Shown here: piece by piece, positions 1 through 8,679 of the stretch
Numbering within the stretch: position 1 is the stretch's first letter
Layout of the letters: the number at the start of each line of letters is the position of its first letter
From: Terriglobia bacterium
GTDB taxonomy: Bacteria; Acidobacteriota; Terriglobia; JAJPHL01; JAPKYU01
Length of the DNA stretch: 64,000 nt
NCBI GenBank assembly: GCA_965206645.1
Contig: CBDBKE010000003.1
Coordinates: 384,001 to 448,000, forward strand
Reading direction: 5' to 3'
Position numbers and translations under genes: made by a program
Notes under the pieces: generated by a model
What the model was told of the DNA's origin: nothing
The model's database searches: none
The model's input: the letters and a program-made list of their open reading frames with translations, nothing else

Positions 1-2
1 TC

Positions 3-1094
3 ACCCCGGTGGTGGCCTCGGAAGCCAACGCGGAGCTGGTCAGCCTGAAGCGGCTGCTGGCCGAGAGCGATTACATCAGCCTCCACGTGACGCTCACCCC
101 GGAAACGGCCGGCCTGATTAACGCTGCCACTCTGGCCCGCATGAAGCCAGGCGTGCGGATCATCAACTGCGCCCGGGGCGAGGTGATCAACGAGCGCGAC
201 CTGGCCGAGGCGATCCGAGCCGGTAAGGTGGCCGGTGCGGCCCTCGACGTCCTCCACCAGGAGCCGCCGTTGCCCAATCACCCCCTGGCGTCGTTGCCGC
301 AAGTGATTGCCACGCCGCACATCGCCGGTTCCACTGAGGAGGCCCAGGAGGTGGTCGGCTATCGCATCGCCGAGCAGGTGCGCGAGTATCTCAAGCACGG
401 GGTCATCATCAACGCGGTGAACGTGCCGGCGCCTTCGCCCGACGAATACCGTAAGCTACAGCCGCACCTGCAACTGGCCGAACGCCTGGGAGCGCTTCTG
501 GCCCAAATCGCCGAGGGAAACCAGCTCGCAGTCCGCATCGCCTACTTTGGCAAACTGGCGGAGATGAATACCAGCCTGCTCCGCAACGCGGCGCTGAAAG
601 GCGTGCTGAACCGGGTGCTGGCGGAGAAGGTCAACCTGGTGAATGCCGCCTCCATCGCGGCCGATCGGGGTATGCGGTTGGAAGAGAGCCGCAGCAGCAG
701 TCGAGCTGAATTCACCGACTCCGTGCGGATCAGTCTGCAAACAGATCGCGCCGAAGCGGTAGCCGAGGGGACGGTGCTGCTGCACAATCCCTTCCCGCGC
801 CTGCTGGCGGTGGACGGAATCCACATCGAGGCGCCGCTCACTGGCAATCTGCTGTTCTTCAAGAACACTGACGTCCCCGGAGTCATCGGGCGCATCGGGA
901 CGCTGCTGGGCCGGCGCCGGGTCAACATCGCCAACTTCTCTCTGGGACGCCGTGAGAATAGCAGCCGCCGCAAGGGCCGGGTCGAGGCCGTGGCCGTGAT
1001 CCATTACGACGGCCCGCGCGTGTCCAACTCGGTGTTGGCGGAGCTGCGCAGAATCCCTGCGGTCCGTTTCGTGCGCGCCGTCGAAATCGGCTAG
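3..1094 (+). CDS. serA: D-3-phosphoglycerate dehydrogenase (5' part outside window)
   Basis: INCARG, ALDV, TPHIAGST motifs; C-terminal ASB and ACT domain (DVPGVIGRIGT..NIANFSLGR). Confidence 0.95.
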   Translation, partial: TPVVASEANAELVSLKRLLAESDYISLHVTLTPETAGLINAATLARMKPGVRIINCARGEVINERDLAEAIRAGKVAGAALDVLHQEPPLPNHPLASLPQVIATPHIAGSTEEAQEVVGYRIAEQVREYLKHGVIINAVNVPAPSPDEYRKLQPHLQLAERLGALLAQIAEGNQLAVRIAYFGKLAEMNTSLLRNAALKGVLNRVLAEKVNLVNAASIAADRGMRLEESRSSSRAEFTDSVRISLQTDRAEAVAEGTVLLHNPFPRLLAVDGIHIEAPLTGNLLFFKNTDVPGVIGRIGTLLGRRRVNIANFSLGRRENSSRRKGRVEAVAVIHYDGPRVSNSVLAELRRIPAVRFVRAVEIG

Positions 1095-1138
1095 AAGTCA
1101 GTCGTTACAGGGATGACGGGGCTCTCGGGGCTTTTTGG

Positions 1139-1657
1139 TCATCCCGCGGCGAATGGCGTGCTCTGACCTCGATTTTCGACAAATTGCTTGCACTCCGACC
1201 GCAACAGCTCTCGGAATTGGTCTGCAGCTTCCGGTTTCGTAAAAGCCCTCTTGGGAATGTAGACGGGCCGTTTCCCGGTGATCAGGAACCCATCCCGACC
1301 CTCATGAATCTCTCCGCACTGGTCCCATCGCAACGACCACTCCGACGCACCTTTGGAAAACTGGAATCCTTCCCGATTGGCTCGTAGGCGGACCGGTGTA
1401 TCGGCGGCTCGCTTGGGAGTCAGCAGTGGCCGCCGTCGGGAAAACACCAAGTCCGACGTCCACGCGATCACGATGACCGTCAACAGGGCGGTTACCCAAG
1501 TCCAACCTGAGAAAACGAGTTGATAAATGAGTACGGGCAGGGCTACTAGAATGGCTTTTCTTCTGAGCGGCCCGCTGTCGCGTCGTGGCACGATCGTCCA
1601 GATGTGCTTGAGGTCCTCATCGGTGTAGGAGAACTCCAGCTCGATGGGCTCTGTCAT
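1139..1657 (-). CDS. YcxB-like membrane protein
   Basis: Two TM helices followed by W..(I)HE....YIPKRAF C-terminal motif. Confidence 0.7.
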   Translation of the reverse strand: MTEPIELEFSYTDEDLKHIWTIVPRRDSGPLRRKAILVALPVLIYQLVFSGWTWVTALLTVIVIAWTSDLVFSRRRPLLTPKRAADTPVRLRANREGFQFSKGASEWSLRWDQCGEIHEGRDGFLITGKRPVYIPKRAFTKPEAADQFRELLRSECKQFVENRGQSTPFAAG

Positions 1658-1849
1658 GAGGGTCGGTCGCGATTCAGCTTACTGGGGGGGGGGGAGTCGT
1701 CCGCTGAGCCGTCGGGGCCTCGATTAGACCTCGGTTCGCCGCCCGAGTCAACTGCCCCGACAGGATCCGCCTGCGTCGCTCCCCGTTTGATTCCATTCGC
1801 TGCAAGAAGCTTGGGGGGCCCGCCCCGAATCGGCTAAACTTCGGGCTGC

Positions 1850-2911
1850 ATGCAGAATGGGAAAAACCAGCGCCAGGGGATCAAGCTGCTGCGCGGCCTG
1901 GTGCGCCATGCTCCGTTTGCGCTGAAGAATTTCCGGCACTACTTCCAGAACCTGTACCGCCGTAAGATCCTGCGTACGAACGTCGTTGCCCCCTATGCCG
2001 CGGTGCTCTACGTGACCCACAAGTGCAATCTGGCCTGCACCTACTGCACGCAGAAGGAACCGGACGTGTTCAGCGACGAGCTATCAACCGCAGACACGAT
2101 CCGGCTGCTCGGCATCATGCGCCGCGAAACCGACTCGATTCTGTTCACCGGCGGCGAGCCCCTGCTGCGCAACGACATGGAAGAACTGGCGCACGCCGCC
2201 CGGCACGATATCCGGTTTCGCTCGGTCCTGCTGGTCACCAACGGCACGTTGCTGCACCGCCGGCAAAAGCTGTTCGACTCGCTCACCGGCCTGGTGGTCA
2301 GCCTGGACGCTCTCGCCATGGACACCCGCTGGCCCATGTCGAAGTCGGCAGTGGTCCCCAAAGTGCTGGAAAACCTGCAACTGGCCCGCTCGCGTATGCC
2401 CTCGCCGGGCACCATCAGCGTCAGCACCGTGATCGAAGAGTGGAACATCGCCGAGATCGAGCGCATCCTGGACTTCTGCGGCGAGCACGGGTTCGTCTTC
2501 GCCACCCAGACTGCGCTGAAAGACAAGATGCCGAACCTGCGCTTGCTTACTAACCCGCGCTACCGGCAACTAGTGGACAGGATCGTCGAGCGCCGCCGCC
2601 AGAAGCTCCAGCCCATCAACGGCACCCCCAGGCTGATCCGCACCCTGCTGGAGTTCGGCGACTTTCAGTGCTTCCCCACCATGTTTCCCCGCGTGTATCC
2701 CAACGGCGATGTGTTTTATCCCTGCGAACCACTGAAGAAAATCGGCGGCAACCTGCTCCGGGAGGGTTCGTTCACGAAAGTCTTTGCACGTGGGAAGAAG
2801 CTATACGGGGACATTCCCGCCTGCCACGCGATCTGCCACCTGTTCGGCAACGTCCTCTCTTCCTATTACGCCAAAGACTTCTGGGGCCTGTCCGGCGACT
2901 ACGTCCGCTGA
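1850..2911 (+). CDS. Radical SAM protein with C-terminal Cys motif (twitch/SPASM-like)
   Basis: CNLACTYC, TGGEP, TNG, G.V.PC and CHAIC motifs. Confidence 0.9.
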   Translation: MQNGKNQRQGIKLLRGLVRHAPFALKNFRHYFQNLYRRKILRTNVVAPYAAVLYVTHKCNLACTYCTQKEPDVFSDELSTADTIRLLGIMRRETDSILFTGGEPLLRNDMEELAHAARHDIRFRSVLLVTNGTLLHRRQKLFDSLTGLVVSLDALAMDTRWPMSKSAVVPKVLENLQLARSRMPSPGTISVSTVIEEWNIAEIERILDFCGEHGFVFATQTALKDKMPNLRLLTNPRYRQLVDRIVERRRQKLQPINGTPRLIRTLLEFGDFQCFPTMFPRVYPNGDVFYPCEPLKKIGGNLLREGSFTKVFARGKKLYGDIPACHAICHLFGNVLSSYYAKDFWGLSGDYVR

Positions 2912-2979
2912 AAGCTGCAGGTCGTATCCCAGCGCCAGATTTGTGTTTCCAGCACCCAGATGTCCGTTGGTGAACCTCG

Positions 2980-3558
2980 TCACTCGCCCTGTTGGGGCTG
3001 GCGTGCCGCGCTCCACGGCGGCACGATCCCATTCATCCGCGCGTAGGCGATCGCCTGGCCCAGATGCTCGTGCTGGTGCAAGGCCATCATCAGGAACAGG
3101 TCCCGCACAGTGGTCTGACGGCCAAACATCTCCACCGGCTTGTCCATCTCAGCGTCGGGGGTCTTCAGCGCCGCCTGACGGACATGCTCAAATGACTGTT
3201 TCAGCAACTCCAGGACCTTGGCCTTGTCGGTGATTTTCTCCAGGTCGCGACCCACGTCGGCCGGTGGGGCAACGCCGATCATCCCCGTCAGGAAAAAGTT
3301 CGCCCCAGCCACGTGCATGTAGGCCTCGCTCACCGACCGGACTCCCTCCCCCGGCCGCCAGGTGTATTTCTCCTCGGGCATGGCCTCAGCAAGGTCCAGG
3401 AGCTTCTTCTCCACCCCGTCGAGCTGGTTGAGGAACTCGGCGCGGAACCCGGTGGCCTCCGGCGGCGAAGGAGACTCGCCAGCGCAGGCGAATTCCCCGA
3501 TCGCACCGGAGCCCAACAGGCAAACCAGGACTAGAGCACTCAAGGCTGCTCGTTTCAT
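2980..3558 (-). CDS. Secreted DinB family protein
   Basis: Signal peptide MKRAALSALVLVCLL after an AGGAGG RBS; WRP..GVRSV....H and HQHEHLGQ motifs. Confidence 0.85.
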   Translation of the reverse strand: MKRAALSALVLVCLLGSGAIGEFACAGESPSPPEATGFRAEFLNQLDGVEKKLLDLAEAMPEEKYTWRPGEGVRSVSEAYMHVAGANFFLTGMIGVAPPADVGRDLEKITDKAKVLELLKQSFEHVRQAALKTPDAEMDKPVEMFGRQTTVRDLFLMMALHQHEHLGQAIAYARMNGIVPPWSAARQPQQGE

Positions 3559-3653
3559 GTTTCGTTCTCCTCCTTCACAAAGGGGTCGAATATCGCTTTG
3601 CCCCTGCGCGCTCTGCCGCTTGGCGCGCAGGTGGGCTACATCGGCTCGAAGTT

Positions 3654-4115
3654 TCAATTGGCCCCGGCAGCTTTGCGCGATTGTTGCATGTATTGCCGGA
3701 CCGTCTCCAGCGAACCGGGGGCCCGTCGCTCGGACCATTTCTTGTAGCGTTGTGCCGCCTTCTCCAGGTTCGAGAACATGTGAGGGTTGCGGAATCCTTG
3801 CCGCATAGCACCCACCACTGGCTCCATGCACTCCCACACCCGAAAGAACTCGCCGCCGGTCAGGAAGAACAGCTCTTCATGCAGCAGGCCGTTGTTCAGC
3901 AACAGGCAAGCCTGGTCCCAATAGCTGACCACCATGCGCATAGAGACGTTTTCCTGGGAGCCTGGCGGGGCCAGCCGCTGTAGGTCTTCCATGGTCTCGG
4001 GAAAGAAGTTTTGCAGGTACCACTCCCGGGCTTGGCGAATCCTGGCCTCCCGCCGCAAATCGTACAGTTGCAGTTGCAGTTGCCCCTGGGCATGAGTCGG
4101 TTTTCCTTTAGCCAT
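3654..4115 (-). CDS. Hypothetical protein (DUF4760-like)
   Basis: Strong RBS (GGAGGAGG); L.L.LYDLRRE..R.AR.W and YW pattern. Confidence 0.6.
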   Translation of the reverse strand: MAKGKPTHAQGQLQLQLYDLRREARIRQAREWYLQNFFPETMEDLQRLAPPGSQENVSMRMVVSYWDQACLLLNNGLLHEELFFLTGGEFFRVWECMEPVVGAMRQGFRNPHMFSNLEKAAQRYKKWSERRAPGSLETVRQYMQQSRKAAGAN

Positions 4116-4180
4116 TGTCTCCTCCTCCAGACCTATTCCAGACCTACTCCAAAATTGATGGGCCCCTATCCTACCTCAAA

Positions 4181-4262
4181 ACGGCCTCACAACTGACCCC
4201 CCAACCGACCCCCCAACCGACCTCACAACCGGCTCACAACCGGCTCACAACCTATCTCACAA
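4181..4262. repeat. Degenerate 11-12 bp tandem repeat (acc-gac/ggc-ctcaca)
   Basis: About 7 units visible; the last unit overlaps the stop of the 4252..4860 gene. Confidence 0.8.
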
Positions 4263-4860
4263 TTGGCAGCTCGCGGTGGAGCTGGCTGCGCAGGGTCGTC
4301 TCTGCAATCCGGGCCAGATGCTCGGCGAAGAAACCATCGTAATAAAACTCTTGAGGACTTTCTTCACTGGAGACGCGCAAGCGCCAGCCCCCTACGGTGG
4401 GTTCGGCTCGAACCGAGGAAATCGAGCCAACAGGAATTTCGAGAAGGGGCTGGTGCTCCAGGTCGAGCACATGCAAGGCCTCCGGGGCCAGGAACAGCCG
4501 CACCGGGCGCGGCGGCTTGCCAGCCCGGCTGAATCTCCCACCATTGAGCACCACCAAGGCTCCCAGCTCGCGCGCCTGCTCGTCCACGGATCTTTTTCCC
4601 CGCGCCGGGCGCACGAATAGGGCCAGCAACAGCAGTGATAGCCCAAGCAGGAGCTGGCTCGTGGATGCTCCCTGGTCCGCGAGCAGGAAGATTCCGATCA
4701 GGGCCACAGCAAAACGGAGAAGGTTCCACCAGCGGGGGCGCCGGCGCAGGGCCAGGCCCTTGGGGATCAGCAGCACCAGGGAAAACAGGACAAACAGGGC
4801 TGCCCGCCGCAGCCGCTGGGCCAAGCTCGCCTTTGCCGGTCCGGATGGCTCCTGCGCCAT
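4252..4860 (-). CDS. Hypothetical membrane protein
   Basis: Three hydrophobic segments then a soluble domain; co-oriented with the upstream ligase. Confidence 0.7.
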   Translation of the reverse strand: MAQEPSGPAKASLAQRLRRAALFVLFSLVLLIPKGLALRRRPRWWNLLRFAVALIGIFLLADQGASTSQLLLGLSLLLLALFVRPARGKRSVDEQARELGALVVLNGGRFSRAGKPPRPVRLFLAPEALHVLDLEHQPLLEIPVGSISSVRAEPTVGGWRLRVSSEESPQEFYYDGFFAEHLARIAETTLRSQLHRELPIVR

Positions 4861-4869
4861 GTCTTGGTG

Positions 4870-6483
4870 CTAGCCGCGGGTTCGAGCAGCGGCGCTGAAC
4901 ATCTTCCGCAGACGGAATTTCTGGACCTTGCCGCTGGCAGTCTGAGGGAAGCCCTCCACGAAATGGATGTAGCGGGGGACCTTGAAAGCAGCAATGCGGG
5001 CGCGGACAAACTCGCGAATTTCCTCGGCATCCGCCGCACCAACCTTCAGGCGCACGGCCGCCGCCACCTCCTCGCCGAGCCGGTCGTTCGGCACGCCGAA
5101 TACGGCCACGTCGCTGACCTTCGGATGTGTGCGCAATAGCTCCTCGATTTCTTTCGGGTAAATGTTCTCGCCGCCGCGGATAATCACCTCCTTCAGGCGC
5201 CCGGTAATGGTGAAATAACCCTCCGCGTCCCGGGTGGCCAGGTCGCCACTGTGCAACCAGCCATCGTGCGTAATCACCTCCTCGGTGGCCTTCGGATTGT
5301 TGTAGTAGCCCTTCATTACCAGGTAGCCCCGGGCAACCAACTCCCCTTGCCGGCCGGAAGGAAGCTCCTCCAGCGTGGCCGGATTGACAATTTTGGCCTC
5401 GACATGCGGCAGCGCGCGGCCGACCGTAACGAGCCGCTTTTCCAGCGGATCCTGAGGCCGGGTCTGCGTGATGACGGGCGAGGCTTCGGTGAGACCGTAG
5501 GCGATTGTTAGCTCGGGGATATGCATCTGTTCCATCACCCGGCGCACCACGGTCGCCGGACAGACCGAGCCGGCCATCACCCCGGTGCGGAGGCAGGTCA
5601 AATCGAACTGGGAAAAATCCGGGTGGTCCATCTCCGCCAGAAACATGCTCGGCACGCCCAGCACGGCCGTGCAGCGCTCGCGGTGGATCGTCTGCAGCAC
5701 TTGAACGGGATCAAACTTTTCCACCAGGGCTAGGCCGGCCGCATGCGTGTATCCGCCCAGAACGCCGATCACGCAACCGAAGCAGTGGAACAGGGGCACG
5801 GGGACGCAGACGCGGTCGTCCAGGGTGAGCCCGAGCGCGACGCCGACCCAGTGGCCGTTGTTCACTGTGTTGCGATGCGTAAGCATCACGCCCTTCGGAA
5901 AGCCGGTCGTTCCGGAGGTGTACTGCATGTTGATCAAATCGTCGAGCTCGAGCGACTGCTCGCGCCGGCGAAGTTCAGCAGCGGACACGCGCCCGGCGAG
6001 CTGCTCCAGATGGCGAAACGGCTGAGCTCCGTTGGGCGCCGCCGGCCCGAAAAAATATTTCTGGCGAAGCTGGGGCAACGGCGGCAGGGACGCCAGAACC
6101 TCCGGGTAGCTCACGTCGCGGAAACCCGGGCCGAAGAACAACGCGTTCGATTCCGATTGCCGCAGCAAGTACTCGACCTCGGCCTCCTTGAACGCGGTGT
6201 TCACCGTGACCAGCACTACGCCGGCGCGGGCCAGGGCAAATTCCAGCAGCACCCACTCGGCGATGTTGGTGACCCAGACTGCGGCACGGTCGCCCTTCTG
6301 CAGTCCGGCGGCCATCGCCCCGCGGGCGTAGACGTCGGCCCATTGGTCGAGTTCGCGAAATGTCCAGCGGAGATTCGTTTTCGAGGCGCCAAAAGGCGAG
6401 TGGGCCACCAGCGCCAGCCGGTCGGGATGATCACGTGCCGCCCGCCGCAAAACCTCGCCCACAGGCAGGTCGGGATGTTGCAT
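4870..6483 (-). CDS. AMP-binding acyl-CoA synthetase
   Basis: YTSGTTGFPKG, YGLTEASP, SGDL, GGENIYP, TASGK motifs. Confidence 0.93.
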   Translation of the reverse strand: MQHPDLPVGEVLRRAARDHPDRLALVAHSPFGASKTNLRWTFRELDQWADVYARGAMAAGLQKGDRAAVWVTNIAEWVLLEFALARAGVVLVTVNTAFKEAEVEYLLRQSESNALFFGPGFRDVSYPEVLASLPPLPQLRQKYFFGPAAPNGAQPFRHLEQLAGRVSAAELRRREQSLELDDLINMQYTSGTTGFPKGVMLTHRNTVNNGHWVGVALGLTLDDRVCVPVPLFHCFGCVIGVLGGYTHAAGLALVEKFDPVQVLQTIHRERCTAVLGVPSMFLAEMDHPDFSQFDLTCLRTGVMAGSVCPATVVRRVMEQMHIPELTIAYGLTEASPVITQTRPQDPLEKRLVTVGRALPHVEAKIVNPATLEELPSGRQGELVARGYLVMKGYYNNPKATEEVITHDGWLHSGDLATRDAEGYFTITGRLKEVIIRGGENIYPKEIEELLRTHPKVSDVAVFGVPNDRLGEEVAAAVRLKVGAADAEEIREFVRARIAAFKVPRYIHFVEGFPQTASGKVQKFRLRKMFSAAARTRG

Positions 6484-6543
6484 GGATAGCTTTCAGCCGG
6501 TACTGGATTAGCCCGACAAATGAGCCTGAGGACCCAAAGTATA

Positions 6544-7488
6544 CTACGGCGTAAAAGCCGCCCGGAATGAGTTCTCCGCCAGGCGACGTAGTTCGTCGCG
6601 GCTGAAGCCGAGCGCGTCATGGGCGAGCGCATACTCGCGCACCAGTTCGGTCCCAAACATGCTCGGATCGTCGGTGGAAAGCGAGACCAGCATTCCTACG
6701 TCAAAGAAGCGCCGTAGCGGGTGTCGTGGGAGGCTCTCCAGGACGCCGGTGCGCAGGTTGCTGGACAGGCACACGTCTACGGGGACTTGCTTCTCGGCCA
6801 GGTGGCCTACCAATTGGGGGTCGCGGATGGCGCTCAGGCCGTGGCCGATGCGCTCGGCTCCCAGAGCGCGCAAAGCTCCCCAGACAGATTCCGGGCCCGC
6901 GGTTTCGCCGGCATGTGCAGTCAGCCGCAGTCCTTCGCTCCGGGCGTAAGCGTAGACTTCGCGGAACAGCTCGGGTGGAGCCTGGGTCTCGTCTCCGCCG
7001 ATGCCGATGGCGACCACGCCGCGCTCGCGCAGCCGTGCCGCCCGGCGGGCCATCTGCATGGCCGCCTCCGGGCCGAACTGGCGAGTCGCGTCGAAAATCC
7101 ACCGCACTTCGATTTCGCCTCCCTGCTGGCCGCGGCGACAGCCGGTTCGCGCCCCTTCGAATAGCTCTTCGAGCGGCCTGTTCTGCCACAGCAGCACACC
7201 AGCGGCCAGATAGATTTCCGCGTAGCTTACTCCCGCAGCCTGTAGGCGCCGCACCAGCCGGCGGGTGATCAGCTCGTAGTCTTCGGGGCTGCGCAAGTAC
7301 TGGCAGACCGTCTTGAATGCCACCAGGAAACCTGGGAAGTCCCGGAAGCGATAGAGCTCAGCCGGCGGAGGCGGGAGGCTGTGCCGCGCGGCCAACTCCC
7401 GCAGCGTTTCCAGGTCCACCGAGCCCTCCAGGTGCAAGTGGACTTCGGCCTTGGGCAGTGAGACGATGAACTTTTCGAGATCCGTCAA
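6544..7488 (-). CDS. add: Adenosine deaminase
   Basis: PKAEVHLHLEGS, HAGE, RIGHG, STDDP motifs. Confidence 0.92.
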   Translation of the reverse strand: MTDLEKFIVSLPKAEVHLHLEGSVDLETLRELAARHSLPPPPAELYRFRDFPGFLVAFKTVCQYLRSPEDYELITRRLVRRLQAAGVSYAEIYLAAGVLLWQNRPLEELFEGARTGCRRGQQGGEIEVRWIFDATRQFGPEAAMQMARRAARLRERGVVAIGIGGDETQAPPELFREVYAYARSEGLRLTAHAGETAGPESVWGALRALGAERIGHGLSAIRDPQLVGHLAEKQVPVDVCLSSNLRTGVLESLPRHPLRRFFDVGMLVSLSTDDPSMFGTELVREYALAHDALGFSRDELRRLAENSFRAAFTP

Positions 7489-7543
7489 GGGGATGCCATC
7501 ATATCGGAACCAGCCGACGCCTCGCCTCGTCTTTCACTTGGGT

Positions 7544-8377
7544 ATGCCCGTGCTCCGAAGCCTTGTGCTGGCCCTGGTGGTGAGCCTCCTCGCTCTGGCC
7601 GCCGGTCAGAAGCTGGTGCTGAAAGATGGCAGCTACCAACTGGTGCGCAGCTACCAGCTGCTGGATGATCGCGTCCGCTACTTCAGCTTGGAGCGTAATC
7701 AATGGGAAGAGATGCCGGCTTCGCTGGTGGATTGGAAAGCTACCGAAGAACGAAATCAGAAGGAACAGGCGGAGGTTCTCCAAAAGGCTAGAGAAGCCGC
7801 CACGCCGGACCGCTCGCCGCTGGCTGACGAACCGGGTTTCGAGATCGCGCCCGGTCTGCATCTTCCTGACAAAGACGGCCTGTTCGTGGTGGAGAACGGG
7901 AAGGTGCGGGAGCTGCCACAGCACCAGGCGTCGGTGCGCACGGACAAAGGACGGATGTTGACCAACATCCTGCTGCCTGTTCCGCTACTGAAACATCGCA
8001 CCCTTGTCGAGATCCCTGGTGCCCGTGCGACACTGCAGCTAGAGAAGTCGCCTCAGGCGCTGTTTGCCAGCGGACGGACGCGCGGTGACTCGCGCTACGC
8101 GCTGCTGCGCCTGAAGCCCAAGGGCGACAAGCGCCGGGTGGAAGCGATCCTGTTGCGGGTCTTCAGCGGTAAACCGACCCACGCGGGCGACTCTATTCCC
8201 CTGACGGTGGAGACCGTAACCCTCAATGTCTTCCGGCTCGTTCCGCAAGAACCCCTCCGCCCCGGCGAATACGCCGTAGTGGAATTCCTCGGCAACGACC
8301 TGAACCTCTTCCTCTGGGACTTCGGCGTGCGCAAGCAGCATGAATCACGTGGAACACAGCAAGAAGCAGGCAGTTAG
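7544..8377 (+). CDS. Secreted hypothetical protein
   Basis: Signal peptide; L.LKDGSYQLVR.Y...DRVRY.S.ER..WEE.P..LVDW pattern; PGEYA. Confidence 0.7.
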   Translation: MPVLRSLVLALVVSLLALAAGQKLVLKDGSYQLVRSYQLLDDRVRYFSLERNQWEEMPASLVDWKATEERNQKEQAEVLQKAREAATPDRSPLADEPGFEIAPGLHLPDKDGLFVVENGKVRELPQHQASVRTDKGRMLTNILLPVPLLKHRTLVEIPGARATLQLEKSPQALFASGRTRGDSRYALLRLKPKGDKRRVEAILLRVFSGKPTHAGDSIPLTVETVTLNVFRLVPQEPLRPGEYAVVEFLGNDLNLFLWDFGVRKQHESRGTQQEAGS

Positions 8378-8460
8378 ATGCCGTCCTTCCCGTGCGCCCC
8401 GTGGTTCACGCAGCGGCGCTCGACGGATTTAGTGGGAAGCAGTTGCGAGGCCAATCCTCG

Positions 8461-8622
8461 CTAACGCCTCCGCGCCCGACCCGGGCCTCTCTTCCTCAGC
8501 TTCCGCTTCCGGGAGCCGCGCTCGGCAGAAGATTTCGGTTTGGGAGACTTGACCTTGCGCGCCTTGCGCCCTGCGCGCTTGGCTTTCTTGCGCTCTTCGC
8601 GTGAGAGTTGTTTTGTGTCCAT
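8461..8622 (-). CDS. Small very basic protein (53 aa; below the ORF-track cutoff)
   Basis: ATG..TAG ORF MDTKQLSREERKKAKRAGRKARKVKSPKPKSSAERGSRKRKLRKRGPGRARRR directly downstream of uvrD. Confidence 0.6.
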   Translation of the reverse strand: MDTKQLSREERKKAKRAGRKARKVKSPKPKSSAERGSRKRKLRKRGPGRARRR

Positions 8623-8679
8623 AAGCTTGTCGATTGTAGCTTGTAGTCTCTACTAACCGCGAGCTACCAGTTACTCCCG

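Noticed and set aside
4181-4262. Possible CRISPR array
   Set aside because: Units are 11-12 bp, contiguous, with no unique spacers. No repeat-spacer array was seen anywhere in the window.
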